Source of the DNA: TPA_inf: Saccharomyces
Taxonomy: Eukaryota
NCBI GenBank assembly: GCA_000146045.2
Contig: BK006945.2
Span: 800,001-864,000, forward strand
Reading direction: 5' to 3'
DNA: 64,000 nucleotides
Below, piece by piece: positions 34,352-46,102 of this stretch. A program made the translations under genes and the position numbers. How positions within the stretch are numbered: position 1 is the first letter of the stretch; each line of letters opens with the position of its first letter. The notes beneath the pieces are model-generated. The model saw only the letters and a list, made by a program, of their open reading frames with translations, ran no database searches and was not told where the DNA came from.

Positions 34352-36163
34352 ATGATACAATCAGACGAAGATAATTTGGACTCTTCTGAAACGACAGCAT
34401 CAACTTCATATAGTGGTACTTCCTCTGTATCATCCAGACTACAACTAAGAACATCCTTGTTTTTTGAAAATCTTAATGGAGCACATGGGAACCCCGATGC
34501 GGAGACAGAGATGGCTACTGTTGCCTATGAAACCACAAGTAGAGGTCAAGGATTTGCTGTATACATCAACAATGAAAGGTTTTCTCAAATAATGGGAGCA
34601 TCCACAAGCTCTAGCTCTAGTAGCAACTCGTCCTCTATTACACAATTTCACGATACCCAAGATAATAATATACCAAGCAACACTACTGTAAGGCCAACTT
34701 CACTTCGACGAGACAACGAGGATACCGTACCGTTAAGGAACGTAACTCCTTCACAAAACGCGGCGGTACGGCCAGAAAGAGCAGTGAATTCACCATCTTC
34801 GCAGAGATTAAGTTGCGCACTGACAATATCAACTTCAGTTCTTATGGGAGAAGATGTTGAAGGAAGCCCTATAGAGCAAGAGCATAGTAGGGTCGTATCT
34901 TCATTATACTCATCTTTGGCGAATCGCGGGAACGACGAGTCAAAGAATGGAACACCTCCACGTCCTACCTCAATTGAACCTAATGAAACAACGGAACACT
35001 CATTTTTCTCATACCATTACGATGACACCTTAGAACCAGATGTTGAAGAGGCAGTGAGGCTAACGAAGAATAAAACTTCTAATGTTAATTTTATAAGCTC
35101 AACTGGCAGTAAAGGTGAAGGCGAGACCGAGGATGAAGTCATAGATCAATACGAACCTGTGAATGAATCAAAATTTATACCGCACAAACTAAAAATTCCA
35201 GAGAAGGCTGGATCAATAAAGTCGTCGACAAGTGATGATTCGCATTCGCCAGGTGCGCCAGGTACGTCGGCAAGGAAGATTAAAATTCCTCAGAGTCCAT
35301 CGTTAATTGGTAACATATTGATTCCTTCACACAATAGTGACAGTAGTAACGAAAGTTCTCCTAAAGACCATATAGGGCATAATAATGAAGAAAAATTCAG
35401 TTCAAAATCTACGCGCAAGCCCTCCACATCCCTAGAAGAAGAAGGTCCACCAATTGGACTACCTTCAATTCCCGTATTAAGAAGTGTGTCCGGACCAAGC
35501 AAATGGACGAAGACACCTTTACGCTTAGAATCTGGAAATTCAACTAAGTCTGATCCATTTTCACGCTATGAAGGACACAAGACGCCCTCTCCATTGACCA
35601 AGATGAACAAGAAGAAAAATAAAACGTTGCCAGAACATGGACAACCCCTCGTGCTAGCTCCAATTAAATCTCAAAGCTCGGAGTCAGACACGGGACAGAA
35701 CTCCATTATAGAAAAGCCAGCTCGAAGCATACGACGAAAGCAACAAGAAAAAACTGATAATAGGAAAGAAGACAGGCACGATGCTGAAAATATAGACCTG
35801 GAGGCGAGAATGCCAATTCAACATATCGATACCGCTTCCATTCATTCGTTTGATTCAGGTCAAAATGGATTCAGGGACGTTTACAGCATCGAAAACATCA
35901 TTGTGATCCTCCTATGTTGTAGTATAGTGCCGCCATTATTTTTTATTATTGGCTGCAGCTCAAGAAGGAAATTAGTTTCAGACTATAGATTAATGAGGTT
36001 GCTTATGAATAAAGAACACCGAGCGGCTTTGCTGCAAGGATTCATATGGGACGTTGATTTAAGGTGGTTCCGGATGTTTTGTCTGATCTTAGGGGCTGCC
36101 GAAACAGTGATTGTGATGGCCGGTATTGCTATTGGATTTGGTGTGGGTATAACACGTGAATAA
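34352..36163 (+). CDS. BUD8: Bipolar bud-site selection landmark protein, 603 aa
   Basis: Ser/Thr-rich extracellular-type region followed by two C-terminal TM segments. Length 603 aa. Confidence 0.85.
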   Translation: MIQSDEDNLDSSETTASTSYSGTSSVSSRLQLRTSLFFENLNGAHGNPDAETEMATVAYETTSRGQGFAVYINNERFSQIMGASTSSSSSSNSSSITQFHDTQDNNIPSNTTVRPTSLRRDNEDTVPLRNVTPSQNAAVRPERAVNSPSSQRLSCALTISTSVLMGEDVEGSPIEQEHSRVVSSLYSSLANRGNDESKNGTPPRPTSIEPNETTEHSFFSYHYDDTLEPDVEEAVRLTKNKTSNVNFISSTGSKGEGETEDEVIDQYEPVNESKFIPHKLKIPEKAGSIKSSTSDDSHSPGAPGTSARKIKIPQSPSLIGNILIPSHNSDSSNESSPKDHIGHNNEEKFSSKSTRKPSTSLEEEGPPIGLPSIPVLRSVSGPSKWTKTPLRLESGNSTKSDPFSRYEGHKTPSPLTKMNKKKNKTLPEHGQPLVLAPIKSQSSESDTGQNSIIEKPARSIRRKQQEKTDNRKEDRHDAENIDLEARMPIQHIDTASIHSFDSGQNGFRDVYSIENIIVILLCCSIVPPLFFIIGCSSRRKLVSDYRLMRLLMNKEHRAALLQGFIWDVDLRWFRMFCLILGAAETVIVMAGIAIGFGVGITRE

Positions 36164-36349
36164 GAAACTGTATCATTCATCAAATAGGATAAAAAATAAA
36201 AAACTGTTCTGTCTCGTTAAAGTCATATATATAAATAGGGGATTTTCATTAATTTATATATATAGATATACTTGTGTACATGTACCCGTAAGTATCAAAA
36301 GAAACGTGCATAAGGACATGGCCTAAATTAATATTTCCGAGATACTTCC

Positions 36350-37357
36350 TTAAGCGGTAACTTTCTTTTCAATCAAGTCGAATAGAGTAACAATATCGGC
36401 AGAGAATTTTCTGATACCTTCGGACAATTTTTCAGTGGCCATAGCGTCTTCATTCAAGTCGAATCTGAATTTAGATTCGTCGCTGATGTAAGAAATCTTG
36501 TCGCCGGCTTCCTTCTTAGCGGAGACAGGGTCCAAAACTCTTGGGAAAGGTTCAGTACTGTTCATCAACTTGTCCAATAAAGCTGGAGAAATTGTTAGAT
36601 AGTCAACACCAGCCAAGTTTTTGATTTCGTCAGTGCTTCTGAAAGAAGCACCCATAACAATAGTCTTGTAACCGTACTTCTTGTAGTAGTTGTAGATTTT
36701 CTTGACGGAAATAACACCTGGGTCGGCTTCACCCTTGTAATCTTTACCAGTGCTGGATTTGTACCAGTCTAGAATTCTACCAACAAATGGGGAAATCAAA
36801 GTAACTTGGGCCTCGGCACAGGCAACTGCTTGAACGAAGGAGAATAATAGAGTCAAATTACAGTGGATACCGTCCTTTTCTTCCAATTCTTTGGCAGCTT
36901 GAATACCTTCCCAAGTGGAAGCAATTTTAATAAGGACTCTTTCCTTGGAGACACCTTCTTGTTCAAACAATTTAATGATATGTCTAGCCTTTTCAATGGT
37001 AGCTTGAGTGTCAAAAGACAATCTAGCATCAACTTCGGTGGAGACTCTGCCTGGAACAATCTTTAAGATCTCCTTACCGAATTCGACTAACAATCTGTCC
37101 ACAGCATTTTCGACTTGTTCTTCGGTGGTCTTACCATGCTTCTTACCGTATTCCACGGCAACATCGATCAACTTGGCGTAAGTTGGTTGCTTGGCAGCAG
37201 CCAAGATCAATGATGGGTTAGTTGTGGAGTCTTGAGGTTGAAACTTGGCAATAGAGCCGAAATCACCAGTGTCGGCAACAACGACAGTGCCGGAGGCTTT
37301 CAATTGTTCTAGAGAGTTGTTAGCAACCTTTTGTTTCTTTTGAGCTGGTTCAGACAT
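36350..37357 (-). CDS. TAL1: Transaldolase, 335 aa
   Basis: Classic transaldolase sequence ([11 protein letters not shown]...[18 protein letters not shown]...). The ORF track adds 3 upstream codons (MYI). Confidence 0.95.
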
Positions 37358-38065
37358 TATGTACACGTATATGTGACGAGTTCGAGAAGTATTTTACTAT
37401 CGTACTAAATTTTACCTGAAAAATTATATACTCGAGAAAGAGGAAGCCAAGAATTGAGAAAAAAGAAAAACCCGCGAGTAAGGAAATTAAATACAGGTGT
37501 ACACATACACGCACACATATATATATATATATATATGTATATGTGTATATAGGAAGCGCGCGCATGTTAGTATATACGATTCGTTGGAAAGGGGCCGTCC
37601 ACCAAACGTGACTTGACGAGTTGACAAATTGACCTCAATATGGCTCAGTCAGTAATTTTTAGTTCCGCTTTATTCCCGCCATCTTTCAGGCCACGAGGGT
37701 AGCTCATAACGCCGCGCTAATGCCGCTGCGTCACAGCAACCAGTAGCTCAGCCAAAACCGAAAGAGAAATCGTAGCTGTCCCGATGAGGACTTATACACT
37801 TGTCACCATCTAAATAAATTATTTATTCGCGTTTCGGTTCTTGTTTTCGATTTAATTAGATTGTTCATTGAATCATAATAAATATGTAAAAAATATATAT
37901 ATTTGAAGCTGCTTCAGAAAAACAGGGCTTCCTAGTGTACAGATGTATGTCGGATGAAAAAAAAAAAATCTTAAATGTGAAATTGGGTCAATTCAATTGA
38001 CTATGACTTGATGTTGCAAAAATTCCAAGAGAAAAAGTTTCCAGCACTTGATATTATTTTCCTCT

Positions 38066-39253
38066 TTATTGGTTTTCTGGTCTCAACTTTCTGACTTCCT
38101 TACCAACCTTCCAGATTTCCATGTTTCTGATGGTGTCTAATTCCTTTTCTAGCTTTTCTCTGTAGTCAGGTTGAGAGTTGAATTCCAAAGATCTCTTGGT
38201 TTCGGTACCGTTCTTGGTAGATTCGTACAAGTCTTGGAAAACAGGCTTCAAAGCATTCTTGAAGATTGGGTACCAGTCCAAAGCACCTCTTCTGGCGGTG
38301 GTGGAACAAGCATCGTACATGTAATCCATACCGTACTTACCGATCAATGGGTATAGAGATTGGGTAGCTTCTTCGACGGTTTCGTTGAAAGCTTCAGATG
38401 GGGAGTGACCGTTTTCTCTCAAGACGTCGTATTGAGCCAAGAACATACCGTGGATACCACCCATTAAACAACCTCTTTCACCGTACAAGTCAGAGTTGAC
38501 TTCTCTTTCGAAAGTGGTTTGGTAAACGTAACCGGAACCAATGGCAACGGCCAAAGCTTGGGCCTTTTCGTGAGCCTTACCGGTGACATCGTTCCAGACG
38601 GCGTAAGAAGAGTTAATACCACGACCTTCCTTGAACAAAGATCTGACAGTTCTACCGGAACCCTTTGGAGCAACCAAGATAACATCTAAGTCCTTTGGTG
38701 GTTCAACGTGAGTCAAGTCCTTGAAGACTGGGGAGAAACCGTGGGAGAAGTACAAAGTCTTACCCTTGGTCAACAATGGCTTGATAGCAGGCCAGGTTTC
38801 TGATTGAGCGGCATCGGACAACAAGTTCATAACGTAACTACCTCTCTTGATAGCATCTTCAACAGTGAACAAGTTCTTGCCTGGAACCCAACCGTCTTCG
38901 ATGGCAGCCTTCCAAGAAGCACCATCTTTACGGACACCAATGATAACGTTCAAACCGTTGTCTCTCAAGTTCAAACCTTGACCGTAACCTTGGGAACCGT
39001 AACCGATCAAAGCAAAAGTGTCGTTCTTGAAGTAGTCCAACAACTTTTCTCTTGGCCAGTCAGCTCTTTCGTAGACGGTTTCAACAGTACCACCGAAGTT
39101 GATTTGCTTCAAACCACGGGTAGTGATCATTGGCTTAACGAAACGGGCAGCTGGTCTGCTGTAAGCAGCAGCACGGGTGGCCAAAGCAAAGGTTCTCTTA
39201 GCAGTGATGACACGGGAGTTGCAGATCAATCTGGCGGCTTGAGTTCTCAACAT
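38066..39253 (-). CDS. ILV5: Mitochondrial ketol-acid reductoisomerase, 395 aa
   Basis: The mature enzyme has GxGxxG and KARI catalytic-domain motifs (IGYGSQGYGQGLNLRDNGL). A mitochondrial presequence sits at the N-terminus. Confidence 0.95.
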   Translation of the reverse strand: MLRTQAARLICNSRVITAKRTFALATRAAAYSRPAARFVKPMITTRGLKQINFGGTVETVYERADWPREKLLDYFKNDTFALIGYGSQGYGQGLNLRDNGLNVIIGVRKDGASWKAAIEDGWVPGKNLFTVEDAIKRGSYVMNLLSDAAQSETWPAIKPLLTKGKTLYFSHGFSPVFKDLTHVEPPKDLDVILVAPKGSGRTVRSLFKEGRGINSSYAVWNDVTGKAHEKAQALAVAIGSGYVYQTTFEREVNSDLYGERGCLMGGIHGMFLAQYDVLRENGHSPSEAFNETVEEATQSLYPLIGKYGMDYMYDACSTTARRGALDWYPIFKNALKPVFQDLYESTKNGTETKRSLEFNSQPDYREKLEKELDTIRNMEIWKVGKEVRKLRPENQ

Positions 39254-39386
39254 GTTTTATTTTTTACTTATATTGCTGGTAGGGTAAAAAAATATAACTC
39301 CTAGGAATAGGTTGTCTATATGTTTTTGTCTTGCTTCTATAATTGTAACAAACAAGGAAAGGGAAAATACTGGGTGTAAAAGCCAT

Positions 39387-39564
39387 TGAGTCAAGTTAGG
39401 TCATCCCTTTTATACAAAATTTTTCAATTTTTTTTCCAAGATTCTTGTACGATTAATTATTTTTTTTTTGCGTCCTACAGCGTGATGAAAATTTCGCCTG
39501 CTGCAAGATGAGCGGGAACGGGCGAAATGTGCACGCGCACAACTTACGAAACGCGGATGAGTCA
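39387..39564. promoter_or_regulatory. Two Gcn4-type TGAGTCA elements in the ILV5/ATG33 divergent promoter
   Basis: TGAGTCA at 39387-39393 and 39558-39564, 135-310 bp upstream of the ILV5 ATG on the minus strand. Confidence 0.5.
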
Positions 39565-40320
39565 CTGACAGCCACCGCAGAGGTTCTGACTCCTACTGAG
39601 CTCTATTGGAGGTGGCAGAACCGGTACCGGAGGAGACCGCTATAACCGGTTTGAATTTATTGTCACAGTGTCACATCAGCGGCAACTCAGAAGTTTGACA
39701 GCAAGCAAGTTCATCATTCGAACTAGCCTTATTGTTTTAGTTCAGTGACAGCGAACTGCCGTACTCGATGCTTTATTTCTCACGGTAGAGCGGAAGAACA
39801 GATAGGGGCAGCGTGAGAAGAGTTAGAAAGTAAATTTTTATCACGTCTGAAGTATTCTTATTCATAGGAAATTTTGCAAGGTTTTTTAGCTCAATAACGG
39901 GCTAAGTTATATAAGGTGTTCACGCGATTTTCTTGTTATGTATACCTCTTCTCTGAGGAATGGTACTACTGTCCTGATGTAGGCTCCTTAAATTGGTGGG
40001 CAAGAATAACTTATCGATATTTTGTATATTGGTCTTGGAGTTCACCACGTAATGCCTGTTTAAGACCATCAGTTAACTCTAGTATTATTTGGTCTTGGCT
40101 ACTGGCCGTTTGCTATTATTCAAGTCTTTTGTGCCTTCCCGTCGGGTAAGGGAGTTATTTAGGGATACAGAATCTAACGAAAACTAAATCTCAATGATTA
40201 ACTCCATTTAATCCTTTTTTGAAAGGCAAAAGAGGTCCCTTGTTCACTTACAACGTTCTTAGCCAAATTCGCTTATCACTTACTACTTCACGATATACAG
40301 AAGTAAAAACATATAAAAAG

Positions 40321-40914
40321 ATGTCTGTTTGTTTAGCCATCACAAAAGGTATCGCAGTTTCTTCTATAGGCCTCTACTCTGGTCTTTTGGCTTCCGCTTC
40401 ATTGATTACATCTACTACTCCACTAGAGGTTTTAACAGGATCCCTTACTCCCACTTTAACCACTTTGAAAAATGCGGCCACCGCCTTGGGAGCGTTTGCG
40501 TCAACTTTCTTTTGTGTGAGCTTTTTCGGCGCTCCTCCCTCATTGAGACACCCCTACTTACTCTATGGTATGCTTGTAGCTCCATTATCTTCATTTGTTC
40601 TAGGATGTGCCTCCAACTATCAGTCTAGAAAGTACAGTAAAGTCTCTAAGGAATCTTCTTTATTTCCCGAAGACAGCAAACTCGCTGCTTCCGAACTGAG
40701 CGATTCTATTATTGATTTAGGTGAAGACAACCATGCTTCAGAAAATACACCTCGAGACGGGAAGCCTGCAGCAACCACAGTATCAAAGCCGGCAGAGGCA
40801 TTGCACACCGGTCCCCCAATCCATACTAAAAATCTAATTGCAGCAACTGCTATTGCTATTGTTGGCTTTGTACAAGCCGTTATTGGCGTTTATGGGGAAG
40901 GACAATTTATCTAG
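40321..40914 (+). CDS. ATG33: Mitochondrial mitophagy-related membrane protein, 197 aa
   Basis: The 231-aa open frame contains the 197-aa product starting at [13 protein letters not shown]. Several TM segments. Length matches Atg33. Confidence 0.75.
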   Translation: MSVCLAITKGIAVSSIGLYSGLLASASLITSTTPLEVLTGSLTPTLTTLKNAATALGAFASTFFCVSFFGAPPSLRHPYLLYGMLVAPLSSFVLGCASNYQSRKYSKVSKESSLFPEDSKLAASELSDSIIDLGEDNHASENTPRDGKPAATTVSKPAEALHTGPPIHTKNLIAATAIAIVGFVQAVIGVYGEGQFI

Positions 40915-41330
40915 TGTTTCTCGTTCACGTATTTATCTCTACAAGAATTTGTAGCTGCCTGAACTCGGCTCCTCTCTCTCTCCAAAAATAAAGTGTGTAG
41001 TAATTTGCAGTTTTTTTATATATTCCTACGAGTTTTCAAACGTTCAAAAGACAGTATGTTCAAAAATTGTGCATACACACACGTATGCACATATATACAT
41101 AATAATACACTGTAATAAGCACATTTGTAGGTGCTCTTGCACTTGGTTTATTACTGTCACTGACTTTTCTCACCCGGCCGAGAGTCGTGCGAAAATTCGC
41201 ATGTTAAAGTGAGAAAATAGAGAAAACAACACAGCTGAAAAAAGTATTGGTAACAGTTCAATACGTGATCAAATATACAGCACGTCGCGCAGAACCAGAC
41301 GAAGCGGAGAATATTCTACATTGACAGTGC

Positions 41331-44000
41331 ATGATGCCTGATGACAATTCAAACTCGTCCACTCAAAACTCAAGCGCATTATACAAGGACCTGAGGAAAG
41401 AATATGAATCTCTTTTCACTTTAAAGGAAGATTCTGGGTTAGAGATTTCACCAATATTCAATGTCCTTCCACCTAAAAAGGATTATCCTGACTACTACGC
41501 AGTGATCAAGAACCCTGTATCTTTCAATACTTTAAAAAAGCGTATTCCACATTATACAGATGCTCAACAGTTTATGAACGATGTTGTCCAGATTCCATGG
41601 AATGCCAAGACTTACAATACAAGAGATTCAGGAATTTATAAATACGCCTTAGTCCTTGAGAAATATTTAAAGGACACAATCTATCCAAATTTAAAAGAAA
41701 AATATCCTCAATTAGTGTATCCTGATTTGGGTCCTCTACCCGATGAACCAGGTTATGAAGAGTTTCAACAGAAATTAAGAGAAAAAGCTGAGGAAGTAGC
41801 GAGAGCTAATGCAGCCAGAGCCGAGTCGAGCTCTTCAATGAATTCAACAGAAGCAGCCAGAAGATTAAGAAAGACTCGTACTTCCGTCAAAAGAGAATCA
41901 GAACCAGGAACCGATACAAATAATGATGAGGACTATGAGGCGACGGATATGGATATCGATAACCCTAAGGATGCTGATTTTCCTGATTTGATAAGAAAGC
42001 CACTAATAAATATTAATCCATATACTCGGAAACCATTAAGAGACAACAGGTCCACTACTCCATCTCACTCAGGCACCCCTCAGCCGTTAGGCCCAAGGCA
42101 TAGACAGGTATCCAGAACTCAGGTAAAGCGTGGGAGACCCCCAATCATCGACTTACCGTATATTCAAAGAATGAAAAATGTTATGAAAGTACTAAAAAAA
42201 GAGGTGCTAGATAGTGGAATTGGTCTAACTGATCTTTTTGAAAGATTGCCCGATAGACACAGAGATGCAAATTACTACATCATGATTGCTAATCCAATTA
42301 GTCTTCAAGACATAAATAAAAAGGTAAAGACTCGTCGTTATAAAACGTTCCAGGAGTTCCAGAATGATTTTAATCTTATGTTAACCAACTTTAGAATTTC
42401 GCACAGAGGTGATCCTGAAAGCATAAAAATTTCAAATATCTTAGAAAAGACCTTTACTAGTCTGGCAAGATTCGAACTATCCAAACCTGATAGAAGTTTC
42501 ATTCCAGAAGGCGAGCTAAGATACCCTCTAGATGAAGTCATTGTAAATAATATATCATACCACGTGGGAGATTGGGCACTTCTTCGAAATCAAAATGATC
42601 CTCAAAAACCTATAGTGGGCCAAATATTCAGGCTATGGAAGACACCAGATGGGAAACAATGGTTAAACGCTTGTTGGTATTACAGACCCGAACAAACTGT
42701 GCATAGAGTGGATAGATTGTTTTACAAAAACGAAGTTATGAAAACAGGTCAGTACCGTGATCATTTAGTGTCAAACTTAGTTGGGAAATGCTATGTGATT
42801 CACTTTACTAGATATCAACGTGGTAATCCCGATATGAAATTGGAGGGTCCCTTGTTCGTTTGCGAATTCCGTTATAATGAATCCGATAAAATTTTTAACA
42901 AGATTAGAACCTGGAAGGCTTGCTTACCAGAGGAAATTCGTGATTTGGACGAAGCTACCATTCCGGTAAATGGTAGAAAGTTCTTCAAATATCCTTCCCC
43001 CATAAGACATCTACTACCAGCTAATGCAACGCCGCATGATCGCGTTCCTGAACCAACGATGGGATCCCCGGACGCGCCACCATTGGTCGGTGCCGTTTAT
43101 ATGAGACCTAAAATGCAGCGTGACGATTTGGGGGAATATGCAACCTCTGATGACTGTCCCAGGTATATTATCAGACCCAACGATTCTCCCGAAGAGGGAC
43201 AAGTGGATATAGAAACAGGTACGATCACCACAAACACGCCAACAGCAAATGCTCTTCCTAAAACAGGATACTCAAGTAGTAAACTATCCAGTTTAAGATA
43301 TAACAGGTCATCTATGTCTTTAGAAAACCAAAATGCTATTGGCCAGCAACAAATACCACTGTCAAGAGTTGGTTCCCCTGGCGCGGGAGGCCCGCTTACT
43401 GTACAAGGTTTAAAGCAACACCAATTGCAAAGGTTACAACAGCAGCAACATCAATACCAACAACAGAAAAGATCCCAAGCATCACGTTATAATATCCCAA
43501 CAATAATCGATGATTTAACATCGCAGGCATCAAGAGGTAATTTGGGTAATATAATGATCGATGCAGCCTCCTCGTTTGTCTTACCTATCTCTATAACCAA
43601 AAACGTAGATGTTTTGCAGCGTACTGATCTGCACAGCCAAACCAAGAGATCTGGAAGAGAAGAGATGTTTCCATGGAAAAAAACAAAGGGTGAAATATTA
43701 TGGTTCAGAGGACCTAGTGTGATAGTAAATGAACGAATAATAAATTCAGGTGACCCACACCTAAGCCTGCCACTGAATAGGTGGTTTACCACTAACAAGA
43801 AAAGAAAACTAGAATACGAAGAAGTTGAAGAAACCATGGAAGATGTGACTGGAAAGGACAAAGATGATGATGGCTTAGAACCGGATGTTGAAAATGAGAA
43901 AGAGTCCTTGCCAGGCCCATTTGTCCTTGGATTAAGACCCTCGGCTAAGTTCACGGCGCACAGACTCTCTATGCTGCGGCCTCCTTCGTCGTCTTCATGA
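41331..44000 (+). CDS. RSC2: RSC chromatin-remodelling complex subunit with two bromodomains and a BAH domain, 889 aa
   Basis: 889-aa ORF with two bromodomain-like segments, a BAH-like segment (GDWALLRNQND...WLNACWYYRPEQT) and a Q-rich C-terminal region. Confidence 0.9.
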   Translation: MMPDDNSNSSTQNSSALYKDLRKEYESLFTLKEDSGLEISPIFNVLPPKKDYPDYYAVIKNPVSFNTLKKRIPHYTDAQQFMNDVVQIPWNAKTYNTRDSGIYKYALVLEKYLKDTIYPNLKEKYPQLVYPDLGPLPDEPGYEEFQQKLREKAEEVARANAARAESSSSMNSTEAARRLRKTRTSVKRESEPGTDTNNDEDYEATDMDIDNPKDADFPDLIRKPLININPYTRKPLRDNRSTTPSHSGTPQPLGPRHRQVSRTQVKRGRPPIIDLPYIQRMKNVMKVLKKEVLDSGIGLTDLFERLPDRHRDANYYIMIANPISLQDINKKVKTRRYKTFQEFQNDFNLMLTNFRISHRGDPESIKISNILEKTFTSLARFELSKPDRSFIPEGELRYPLDEVIVNNISYHVGDWALLRNQNDPQKPIVGQIFRLWKTPDGKQWLNACWYYRPEQTVHRVDRLFYKNEVMKTGQYRDHLVSNLVGKCYVIHFTRYQRGNPDMKLEGPLFVCEFRYNESDKIFNKIRTWKACLPEEIRDLDEATIPVNGRKFFKYPSPIRHLLPANATPHDRVPEPTMGSPDAPPLVGAVYMRPKMQRDDLGEYATSDDCPRYIIRPNDSPEEGQVDIETGTITTNTPTANALPKTGYSSSKLSSLRYNRSSMSLENQNAIGQQQIPLSRVGSPGAGGPLTVQGLKQHQLQRLQQQQHQYQQQKRSQASRYNIPTIIDDLTSQASRGNLGNIMIDAASSFVLPISITKNVDVLQRTDLHSQTKRSGREEMFPWKKTKGEILWFRGPSVIVNERIINSGDPHLSLPLNRWFTTNKKRKLEYEEVEETMEDVTGKDKDDDGLEPDVENEKESLPGPFVLGLRPSAKFTAHRLSMLRPPSSSS

Positions 44001-44065
44001 TCACCTTTATTGTAAAAGCAATGGCAGCATAATATCTTCCCATTGCGCATTACCCTCCGCGAGCA

Positions 44066-44071
44066 GAGTCA
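44066..44071 (-). promoter_or_regulatory. Bas1-type TGACTC element ~210 bp upstream of ADE13
   Basis: GAGTCA on the + strand is TGACTC on the minus strand. ADE regulon genes are driven by Bas1/Pho2 through TGACTC. Confidence 0.35.
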
Positions 44072-44281
44072 AACTTCAAACAAAGCAGGAAAATGAAATA
44101 AAACAGAAGTTATTATATAGAAGAAAGTCATCTATAGATATATTATCGTTGTATTAATAGTAGCCATATAAAACAATTATACTTCATCACCAACCTCTCA
44201 AAATTTCTTCCCCAAGGACCAAAGCTTTTCCAGTAAGTTGCTACAACTAAAGTGAAATAAACTATCCGAATTATATAAAAG

Positions 44282-45730
44282 ATGCCTGACTATGACAATT
44301 ACACTACGCCATTGTCTTCTAGATATGCCTCCAAGGAAATGTCAGCAACGTTTTCTTTGAGAAACAGATTTTCCACATGGAGAAAACTATGGTTAAATTT
44401 GGCTATTGCTGAGAAGGAATTGGGCTTAACTGTTGTTACAGATGAAGCAATTGAGCAAATGCGCAAACACGTCGAAATCACTGATGATGAAATCGCAAAA
44501 GCTTCTGCTCAAGAAGCCATTGTAAGACATGATGTTATGGCACATGTTCATACATTTGGTGAAACTTGTCCGGCTGCTGCGGGTATCATTCACTTAGGTG
44601 CTACTTCCTGTTTCGTTACAGACAATGCTGATCTAATCTTTATTAGGGACGCCTACGATATTATTATTCCAAAACTTGTTAACGTCATCAACAGATTGGC
44701 TAAGTTTGCTATGGAATACAAGGATTTGCCTGTATTGGGTTGGACTCACTTTCAACCAGCACAATTAACGACCTTGGGTAAGAGAGCTACTTTATGGATA
44801 CAAGAGCTATTGTGGGATTTGAGAAACTTTGAAAGAGCTAGAAACGATATCGGTCTACGTGGTGTTAAGGGTACTACTGGTACTCAGGCATCATTCTTGG
44901 CCTTATTCCATGGTAATCATGATAAAGTTGAAGCCCTTGACGAAAGAGTAACTGAATTATTAGGTTTCGATAAGGTATATCCAGTCACTGGTCAAACCTA
45001 CTCAAGAAAAATTGACATTGACGTGTTGGCTCCTTTGTCTTCTTTTGCTGCTACTGCACACAAAATGGCTACTGACATAAGATTATTAGCCAACCTGAAG
45101 GAAGTTGAGGAACCTTTTGAGAAATCACAAATCGGATCCTCTGCTATGGCTTACAAGAGAAACCCAATGCGTTGTGAGAGAGTGTGCTCCTTGGCTAGAC
45201 ACTTAGGTTCCTTGTTTAGTGACGCCGTTCAAACTGCATCCGTTCAATGGTTCGAAAGAACTCTGGATGATTCTGCTATTAGAAGAATTTCTTTACCAAG
45301 TGCATTTTTAACCGCAGATATTCTATTATCTACTTTGTTGAACATCTCATCCGGTTTAGTTGTGTATCCAAAGGTTATCGAAAGGAGAATTAAGGGTGAA
45401 CTACCTTTTATGGCTACTGAAAATATCATCATGGCTATGGTAGAAAAGAATGCCTCCAGACAAGAAGTACATGAGCGTATTAGAGTGCTCTCTCATCAAG
45501 CCGCAGCAGTAGTCAAGGAAGAAGGTGGGGAAAATGATTTAATTGAACGAGTAAAGAGGGATGAATTTTTCAAGCCTATCTGGGAAGAATTAGATTCTTT
45601 ACTGGAACCATCCACTTTTGTTGGTAGAGCTCCACAACAAGTTGAGAAATTTGTTCAAAAAGACGTTAACAATGCTTTACAACCTTTCCAAAAGTACCTA
45701 AACGATGAACAAGTCAAGTTAAATGTTTAG
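44282..45730 (+). CDS. ADE13: Adenylosuccinate lyase, 482 aa
   Basis: Fumarate-lyase superfamily signature ([15 protein letters not shown]). Length 482 aa. Confidence 0.95.
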   Translation: MPDYDNYTTPLSSRYASKEMSATFSLRNRFSTWRKLWLNLAIAEKELGLTVVTDEAIEQMRKHVEITDDEIAKASAQEAIVRHDVMAHVHTFGETCPAAAGIIHLGATSCFVTDNADLIFIRDAYDIIIPKLVNVINRLAKFAMEYKDLPVLGWTHFQPAQLTTLGKRATLWIQELLWDLRNFERARNDIGLRGVKGTTGTQASFLALFHGNHDKVEALDERVTELLGFDKVYPVTGQTYSRKIDIDVLAPLSSFAATAHKMATDIRLLANLKEVEEPFEKSQIGSSAMAYKRNPMRCERVCSLARHLGSLFSDAVQTASVQWFERTLDDSAIRRISLPSAFLTADILLSTLLNISSGLVVYPKVIERRIKGELPFMATENIIMAMVEKNASRQEVHERIRVLSHQAAAVVKEEGGENDLIERVKRDEFFKPIWEELDSLLEPSTFVGRAPQQVEKFVQKDVNNALQPFQKYLNDEQVKLNV

Positions 45731-46102
45731 AAGCCTTTACATGTACAAATAATATGTTTATTACCCTATTATATGTTACTAATGAAAAAAATAACAATTC
45801 TTTATTTATGTACAATGCAAGTAGAATTCCCTAAATAGAAGTTAACTATTTTTATTTTACTGGGATATATTTTTCATCTTCTTCCTTCATACTCCTTTCA
45901 TTTTTCTTGTTTTTTTGGCTTACGGATTTTGGCAATGTTTATACTTTAGAAAAAAAGGAAACTCATAATGCTGGCATACTTGAAAAACCATACGGAAAGA
46001 TCGTAGTTTATTTTTGTAATAAGACACTGAAGTCAGCTGTTTGAAAGAGTATATTGAATTGATGGTTTTACCTATTAGGGATAGTAATCATAATTTAAAA
46101 AT

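Noticed and set aside
43487-44050. 187-aa minus-strand ORF overlapping the RSC2 3' end
   Set aside because: It is antisense to the RSC2 C-terminal coding region with no features. Probably the dubious YLR358C, retained only as a note.
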